From contig NC_017856.1 of the NCBI RefSeq assembly GCF_000260965.1, positions 2,610,001 to 2,642,000 on the forward strand: a stretch of 32,000 nucleotides of DNA, given 5' to 3'. The stretch is from Methylophaga frappieri (lineage in GTDB: Bacteria; Pseudomonadota; Gammaproteobacteria; Nitrosococcales; Methylophagaceae). This document shows, in pieces, positions 27,042 through 32,000 of this stretch (the stretch's first letter is position 1; the number at the start of each line of letters is the position of its first letter). The notes beneath the pieces were generated by a model. The model saw only the letters and a program-made list of their open reading frames with translations, had not been told where the DNA came from and did no database searches. The position numbers were made by a program, and so were the translations under genes.

Positions 27042-28087
27042 TCCCACAACATAATCGCTGGTTAATTCTGGCATTGATATTAGTGGCAGGCTGGTTGATT
27101 TATTTGCTGTCCGGGGTATTGATGCCTTTCTTTATTGCGGCATTATTGGCTTATCTTGGTGATCCGCTGGTTGATCGGCTTGAAGATAAAAAGCTCTCTC
27201 GAACCTTATCGGTTTCTATCGTTTTCGTCAGTTTGTTTATCACACTTATCGTGGCGTTATTGCTGTTTATTCCTTTGTTGAACGAGCAATTAAAAGCCTT
27301 GTTTGAGAAGTTACCTGGATATATTGATCGTTTACAGACTGCACTGAGCCCGGTCATGCAAAGTCTGGGACTGTCTCAAGAGGTTTTCGATCTGGAAACG
27401 GTGAAAACCGCCTTTAAAGATTACTGGGCGCAAGCGGGGAAAGTTGCCGGTAATATTGTTGGCTATGTCAGTAAGTCAGGGCTGGCAGTGATGACTTTTT
27501 TGACCAATCTGGTGTTGATTCCCGTACTGACTTTTTACCTGCTTCGGGACTGGGATATTCTGGTTGGCAGAATCAAGGAACTGTTGCCACGTCGTTATCA
27601 GGAAGAGGTTAGCTATTTAGCAAAAGATTGTGATGACATGCTGGCTGGCTTTTTGCGCGGTCAGCTGATGGTCATGTTGGCGCTCGCCATTATCTATAGT
27701 ATTGGTTTGACGTTAATCGGACTCGACCTGGCATTACTAATTGGCGTTATTGCTGGTATTGTGAGTTTTGTTCCTTATTTGGGTCTGCTTGTCGGGATCT
27801 TGTTGGCAGGGACGGCGGCTTATCTGCAATTTCAAGAGTGGCTACCCGTATTGTTTGTCATTGGCGTGTTCAGTTTTGCGCAGCTGATTGAAGGCATGTT
27901 CCTGACGCCGCGCTTTGTTGGTGAACGTATTGGCATGCATCCGGTTGCTGTCATTTTTGCCGTCATGGCCGGCGGTAGCCTGTTCGGATTTATTGGCGTG
28001 TTATTGGCTTTACCTGTGGCTGCCGTGATTATGGTGATGCTGCGTCATGCCCATGATCGCTATGTTAAAAGCCAGCTGTATTCCTGA
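27017..28087 (+). CDS. AI-2E family transporter (PerM-like permease)
   Basis: It is polytopic, with the conserved C-terminal LTPRFVGERIGMHPVAVIFAVMAGGSLFGFIGVLLALPVAAV typical of AI-2E/PerM proteins. I preferred ATG 27017 over TTG 27002. Confidence 0.8.
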   Translation: MATTETPLIPQHNRWLILALILVAGWLIYLLSGVLMPFFIAALLAYLGDPLVDRLEDKKLSRTLSVSIVFVSLFITLIVALLLFIPLLNEQLKALFEKLPGYIDRLQTALSPVMQSLGLSQEVFDLETVKTAFKDYWAQAGKVAGNIVGYVSKSGLAVMTFLTNLVLIPVLTFYLLRDWDILVGRIKELLPRRYQEEVSYLAKDCDDMLAGFLRGQLMVMLALAIIYSIGLTLIGLDLALLIGVIAGIVSFVPYLGLLVGILLAGTAAYLQFQEWLPVLFVIGVFSFAQLIEGMFLTPRFVGERIGMHPVAVIFAVMAGGSLFGFIGVLLALPVAAVIMVMLRHAHDRYVKSQLYS

Positions 28088-28093
28088 TATCTG

Positions 28094-28783
28094 ATGACAC
28101 AGCAACTGACATTGCGACTTTCTCCTCAGGAAGTCTATCGGCTGGATAATTTTTTATTTGCCGACCCTGAGATTGCCGAAGCAATTGAAACATTTTGCCT
28201 GGGTGAGGGTTATCCGATGTTGTTCTTCAGCGGTGAGAAGGGCGCGGGTAAAACCCATTTATGCCTTGCCATTCAGGAGCGTCTTGATAGGCAATCCGTT
28301 ACCTATCTGAATTTAAATGAACTACGACAAAGCGCTGCCCCTCAAGCTTTAGAAGGTGTTGTCTTGGCGGATTGGGTCATGATTGACGATGTTGACGCTA
28401 TCGCAGGATCAGATGCCTGGGAGGAAGCCCTATTTCATCTGTTTAATCGGCTTCAACAAACTCCGTCGCGCATGGTATTTACCAGCCGAACGCCGCCGTC
28501 AGAATTAGCGCTGGACTTACCAGACTTGCGTTCACGACTCAGCTTGGCCTTGGTATTTCGCCTGTCACTGATGACAGATGAAGCCAAGCAAGCTGCATTG
28601 GTTTTGCAAGCGCAAAGCCGTGGCCTTATTATGCCCGATGAAGTCGCCAGTTATTTATTACGGCATGCAGGACGAGATATGCCGTCTTTAATGCGTATTT
28701 TGCAGCAACTTGACGCTGCTTCGTTGCAAGCCAAACGCCGATTGACAATTCCGTTTGTCAAAGACGTTATCCATGACATTTAA
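28094..28783 (+). CDS. hda: DnaA regulatory inactivator Hda
   Basis: It is a short (229 aa) DnaA-domain-III-like AAA+ protein with a Walker A-like GEKGAGKTHL and an N-terminal QLTLRL clamp-binding-like motif. Synteny with perM and purMN matches enterobacteria. Confidence 0.8.
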   Translation: MTQQLTLRLSPQEVYRLDNFLFADPEIAEAIETFCLGEGYPMLFFSGEKGAGKTHLCLAIQERLDRQSVTYLNLNELRQSAAPQALEGVVLADWVMIDDVDAIAGSDAWEEALFHLFNRLQQTPSRMVFTSRTPPSELALDLPDLRSRLSLALVFRLSLMTDEAKQAALVLQAQSRGLIMPDEVASYLLRHAGRDMPSLMRILQQLDAASLQAKRRLTIPFVKDVIHDI

Positions 28784-29675
28784 TCGCGAATTCAGCCTTA
28801 TTTGGCCGGGCGCGTCGCACTTGTTTCAGCCGTTAAATCGGCTACATTTACCGGATCGGCTACAAACGCTAATCGAGCGCGCGCGATTGACAGAAAATAA
28901 TGCGGATGTTGTCAGTTTGTTGATGTCATCAACAAGCCAGCGTCCAGATTTACCGATGGCCAAGATTCGCTTTCCTGAAGAAACCGCGATATGTGCCGAC
29001 CCCTGTTATTTGCATGCGGATCGAGATCGACTGTTAATGTTTCGGCAGACAATCCAGCTTACGCAGCTGGAAATGCAAGCCATTCAAGCGGCTTTGTCAC
29101 CCTTGTTGACTGGCTATGCGTCGTCTTGGTTAACATTTGATTCACGCCATTGGGGGCTACGACTCAACGCTAAGCCCGATATGCAATGTTATTCGCCGGA
29201 GAAGTTGGAAGGAAAACCCATCACGGATGCATTACCTCAGGGTAAGGATGCCGGTAAATGGCGGCGGTTAATGAATGAAATGCAAATGGTGTTAGCGCAA
29301 CATCCGGTAAATATCGAGCGTGAAGCGGCCGGTCTTTTACCTATCAATGCTGTCTGGTTTTCAGGTTTAGATAGTTATATACCGTCGGTGAAGTGGGATT
29401 GGCTGTTAGGGAAAAATGCCTTGTTGCCAGCTTTAGCAAAAACGGTGAACCGACCTTATTATTCTGACATGAAAACTTCGGCTAAATGGCCATCGGGTTG
29501 CGGTATCACTGTACTACCCCAAGTTGAAGAACAAACGGCTGATCCTTATGTTGAGCTGCTACCTTGGTTGGAAGCCGTGTGGCGACAATTGAGGACATTT
29601 CAAATCGGAACATTCAAGCTGATTATCCCTGAACATGGCACCTACTCACTTGCCTGTTGGCGAAGCTGGTGTTGA
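28773..29675 (+). CDS. conserved hypothetical protein
   Basis: An approximately 300-aa ORF between hda and recJ with normal coding appearance. The start is ambiguous (28755 or 28773). No family recognised. Confidence 0.45.
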   Translation: MTFNREFSLIWPGASHLFQPLNRLHLPDRLQTLIERARLTENNADVVSLLMSSTSQRPDLPMAKIRFPEETAICADPCYLHADRDRLLMFRQTIQLTQLEMQAIQAALSPLLTGYASSWLTFDSRHWGLRLNAKPDMQCYSPEKLEGKPITDALPQGKDAGKWRRLMNEMQMVLAQHPVNIEREAAGLLPINAVWFSGLDSYIPSVKWDWLLGKNALLPALAKTVNRPYYSDMKTSAKWPSGCGITVLPQVEEQTADPYVELLPWLEAVWRQLRTFQIGTFKLIIPEHGTYSLACWRSWC

Positions 29676-31396
29676 TTACCACCCGTGACAGCAGTGGCTG
29701 GGAAAACTTGCCGGACAATTGGCCAGAGTGTCTGCGCCGGGTCTTTGCCGCCAGAGGCATACAAAAAGCTGAAAACTTATTTTTTGAACTCACCGACCTA
29801 CCGCGACCCGAGCAAATGCTGGGCATGGACAAGGCGGTCGGTTTATTACTTGAAGCTCTCAATCAGCAATGGAAAGTCACGGTTGTGGCTGACTTTGACA
29901 GTGATGGTGCTACCAGTTGTGCACTGGCGATTCGTGGTCTTCAAGCGATGGGCCTAAAAAACATCGACTTTATTGTGCCTAACCGCTTTGTTCATGGTTA
30001 TGGCCTGACGCCTGAGTTACTCGACGAAATTCCCTCGCAGAACCAACCTGATTTACTGCTGACCGTGGATAACGGTATTGCCGCAGTGGCAGGCGTTGAT
30101 GCGGCTAAAGCGCGTGGTATCAAGGTACTGGTCACCGATCACCATCTTGCTGGTGAAACGCTGCCACAAGCTGATGCCATTATTAATCCGAATCAGCCTG
30201 GTGATACGTTTCCCTCTAAAAATCTGGCCGGTGTTGGCGTCTGTTTTTACCTGCTATTAGGCTTGCGTCAGGCTTTGCGTGAGCAGAGCTGGTTTGATGT
30301 TCAGGGCCTGAAACAACCCAATGTCAGCGACTGGCTGGATCTGGTGGCATTAGGCACCGTCGCGGATGTGGTGCCGTTGGATCAACTCAACCGAACCTTG
30401 GTGGATGTTGGTTTGAAGCGCATGCGCCAGCGTCGCGCCTGTGCTGGTATTCTGGCTTTGGCACAAGTTGCCGGACGGGAAGCCGTCAAGCTGGCCAGCC
30501 CGGATTTAGCTTTCAGCATCGCCCCCCGACTCAATGCCGCGGGTCGTATGGATGATATGGGCTTGGGTATTAACCTACTGCTGAGCGATGACTGGCAGCA
30601 GGCGCTGACGGCGGCTGCACAACTGGATCAGATTAACTTGGACCGACGCAGCGTCGAACAGCAGATGCAGCAGGATGCTTTAAGCATGCTCGATAAGCTG
30701 TCATTGGACACCGACAATACCGCTCCCGGATTTTGCCTGTTCGATTCCGACTGGCATCAGGGCGTCATTGGTTTATTGGCCTCACGTATCAAGGAAAAAC
30801 TGCACCGACCGGTGATTGCCTTCGCACCGGGCAATGAAGGTGAAATCAAAGGCTCAGCGCGTTCGATTGCCGGTGTGCATATTCGCGATGTATTAGCCCG
30901 CATTGCCTCCCGTCACCCGGCCATGCTGCAACGCTTTGGCGGTCATGCCATGGCAGCTGGGCTAACCTTAAAGCTGGATGATTTCCAGACCTTTTCCCAA
31001 GCATTTGAAACCGTGCTGACAGAAATGGTTGATCCCGCGGTCTACCAGCAACACCTGCATTCCGATGGTGAGCTTCACCACGGAGAAATCAATCTGGATT
31101 TGGCGGAACAATTACCCAATGCCGCCCCCTGGGGGCAGGGCTTTGAAGAACCCCGCTTCCACGGTCTATTTGAAGTCGCAGACTGGCGGTTGGTGGGGCA
31201 GGATCAGGATCACTTACGCCTGAGTTTAAGCCTGCCCGATAACCGGAAAATCACCGCCATGGCCTTCAGACAAGGCAAACCCGACTGGCTGGAGCGGGGT
31301 ACACAAGTGCTGATTCGTTACCGGCTGGCCGTTAACGAGTTTCGAGCCACTAAGTCGGTACAGTTTCTGGTGGATGATTTATTGCAGCCGGTTTGA
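29657..31396 (+). CDS. recJ: single-stranded-DNA-specific exonuclease RecJ
   Basis: It has DHH-family motifs (VVADFDSDGATS, DNGI, LVTDHH), a DHHA1 region (GGHAMAAG) and a C-terminal OB-like domain. The TTG start at 29657 is uncertain. Confidence 0.9.
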   Translation: MAKLVLITTRDSSGWENLPDNWPECLRRVFAARGIQKAENLFFELTDLPRPEQMLGMDKAVGLLLEALNQQWKVTVVADFDSDGATSCALAIRGLQAMGLKNIDFIVPNRFVHGYGLTPELLDEIPSQNQPDLLLTVDNGIAAVAGVDAAKARGIKVLVTDHHLAGETLPQADAIINPNQPGDTFPSKNLAGVGVCFYLLLGLRQALREQSWFDVQGLKQPNVSDWLDLVALGTVADVVPLDQLNRTLVDVGLKRMRQRRACAGILALAQVAGREAVKLASPDLAFSIAPRLNAAGRMDDMGLGINLLLSDDWQQALTAAAQLDQINLDRRSVEQQMQQDALSMLDKLSLDTDNTAPGFCLFDSDWHQGVIGLLASRIKEKLHRPVIAFAPGNEGEIKGSARSIAGVHIRDVLARIASRHPAMLQRFGGHAMAAGLTLKLDDFQTFSQAFETVLTEMVDPAVYQQHLHSDGELHHGEINLDLAEQLPNAAPWGQGFEEPRFHGLFEVADWRLVGQDQDHLRLSLSLPDNRKITAMAFRQGKPDWLERGTQVLIRYRLAVNEFRATKSVQFLVDDLLQPV

Positions 31397-31442
31397 ATTT
31401 AGCCCGAAGTACGAACTAAGTAATAGAAAAAGTGAATCCGAC

Positions 31443-31826
31443 ATGGAAAGTCAAACACGATTGAAAAATGTAATCATCGGCACATTTCTGGCTTTGTTAA
31501 TACTTTATGCGATGTGGTCAGTTTTTTTGATGCTAACCAGTTTTCAATTACACAATCTGACATCGCGTGAAATTTGCATTGAGGAGATAGACGTTGGCGT
31601 ATTTTCGTTTCTTGATGACAAGCCTGCCAAAATTCGTGAACTCATCCATTTTTCAGGATTCTCTCCCCGTCAAGTCGATGTCGCTTTAACTTACTCAAAT
31701 GGATTGTGTAATTCGACAGAAAAAGAAATGATTACCTCACATTGTCTGCTTGAAAGACATGGAGCAGACTACTGCTATTTATCACTCTTTCAAGACGAAA
31801 AGCTGAGTTGTGAGTGCTATGAATAG
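31443..31826 (+). CDS. small hypothetical membrane-anchored Cys-rich protein
   Basis: I preferred ATG 31443 (MESQTRLKNVIIGTFLALLILYAMWSVFLMLTSF), which gives one N-terminal transmembrane helix and a C-terminal part with seven Cys. It is sandwiched between two recJ 3'-end copies. No family recognised. Confidence 0.4.
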   Translation: MESQTRLKNVIIGTFLALLILYAMWSVFLMLTSFQLHNLTSREICIEEIDVGVFSFLDDKPAKIRELIHFSGFSPRQVDVALTYSNGLCNSTEKEMITSHCLLERHGADYCYLSLFQDEKLSCECYE

Positions 31827-31834
31827 AAATCAAG

Positions 31835-32000
31835 TTGGCTGACCCCTTGATACCTTCTTCCGATGGTGAATTGCATCACGTTGAAATCAACCTGGATCTG
31901 GCTGAACGATTACCCAATGCTGCGCCCTGGGGGCAAGGCTTTAAAGAACCGCGATTCCACGGTCTGTTTGAAGTCGCAGACTGGCGCTTGGTGGGAAAGA
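31835..32000 (+). pseudogene. second, 5'-truncated copy of the recJ 3' end (runs off window)
   Basis: 31861-32000 aligns without gaps to 31063-31202, with 119/140 identical by my hand count. It translates in frame to SDGELHHVEINLDLAERLPNAAPWGQGFKEPRFHGLFEVADWRLVGK, against SDGELHHGEINLDLAEQLPNAAPWGQGFEEPRFHGLFEVADWRLVGQ in recJ. The frame is closed by TGA at 31820-31822, so no recJ 5' part is attached. Confidence 0.75.

Noticed and set aside
26144-27074. Minus-strand ORFs of 165 and 125 aa spanning the DUF2066, phosphatidyltransferase and perM genes.
   Set aside because: They cross gene boundaries of well-supported plus-strand genes and have no motifs.
1-32000. I looked for CRISPR arrays, tRNA or rRNA genes, riboswitches and PurR boxes near the pur genes.
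   Set aside because: I saw no regularly spaced repeat arrays, no cloverleaf-like or rRNA-like conserved stretches, and no ACGCAAACGTTTGCGT-like box in the purM or purC upstream regions. Visual inspection cannot exclude small ncRNAs.

Overview
This window is gammaproteobacterial chromosomal DNA made of two parts. Bases ~9047-31396 are core housekeeping genes. They include Pseudomonas-type class Ia ribonucleotide reductase nrdAB with NrdR boxes, an MCP, bcp, dapA-bamC-MBL hydrolase-purC, an ACT + UPF0210 pair, nudF, a DUF3108 gene with purN-purM, and DUF2066-pgsA-like-perM-hda-recJ. Bases 1-9046 look accessory and seem more A+T-rich by eye. They hold an operon of four uncharacterised, mostly signal-peptide-bearing proteins (1-3509) and a decayed IS3-family element (3674-4902). 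They also hold a compact four-gene type II CBASS anti-phage operon on the minus strand: CD-NTase 8957-7944, Cap2 E2/E1 fusion 7951-6212, Cap3 JAB 6243-5725 and NucC-type nuclease 5728-5003. The CBASS operon starts 89 bp behind the nrdB stop codon, with no visible terminator and a tandem 16-bp repeat in between. At the right edge, recJ is followed by a small orphan membrane ORF. After that comes a second copy of the recJ 3' end, ~85% identical with mostly synonymous differences, which is the footprint of an integration or recombination event at recJ. I recognised no rRNA, tRNA or CRISPR array. All family assignments come from motif recognition by eye, and no searches were run.
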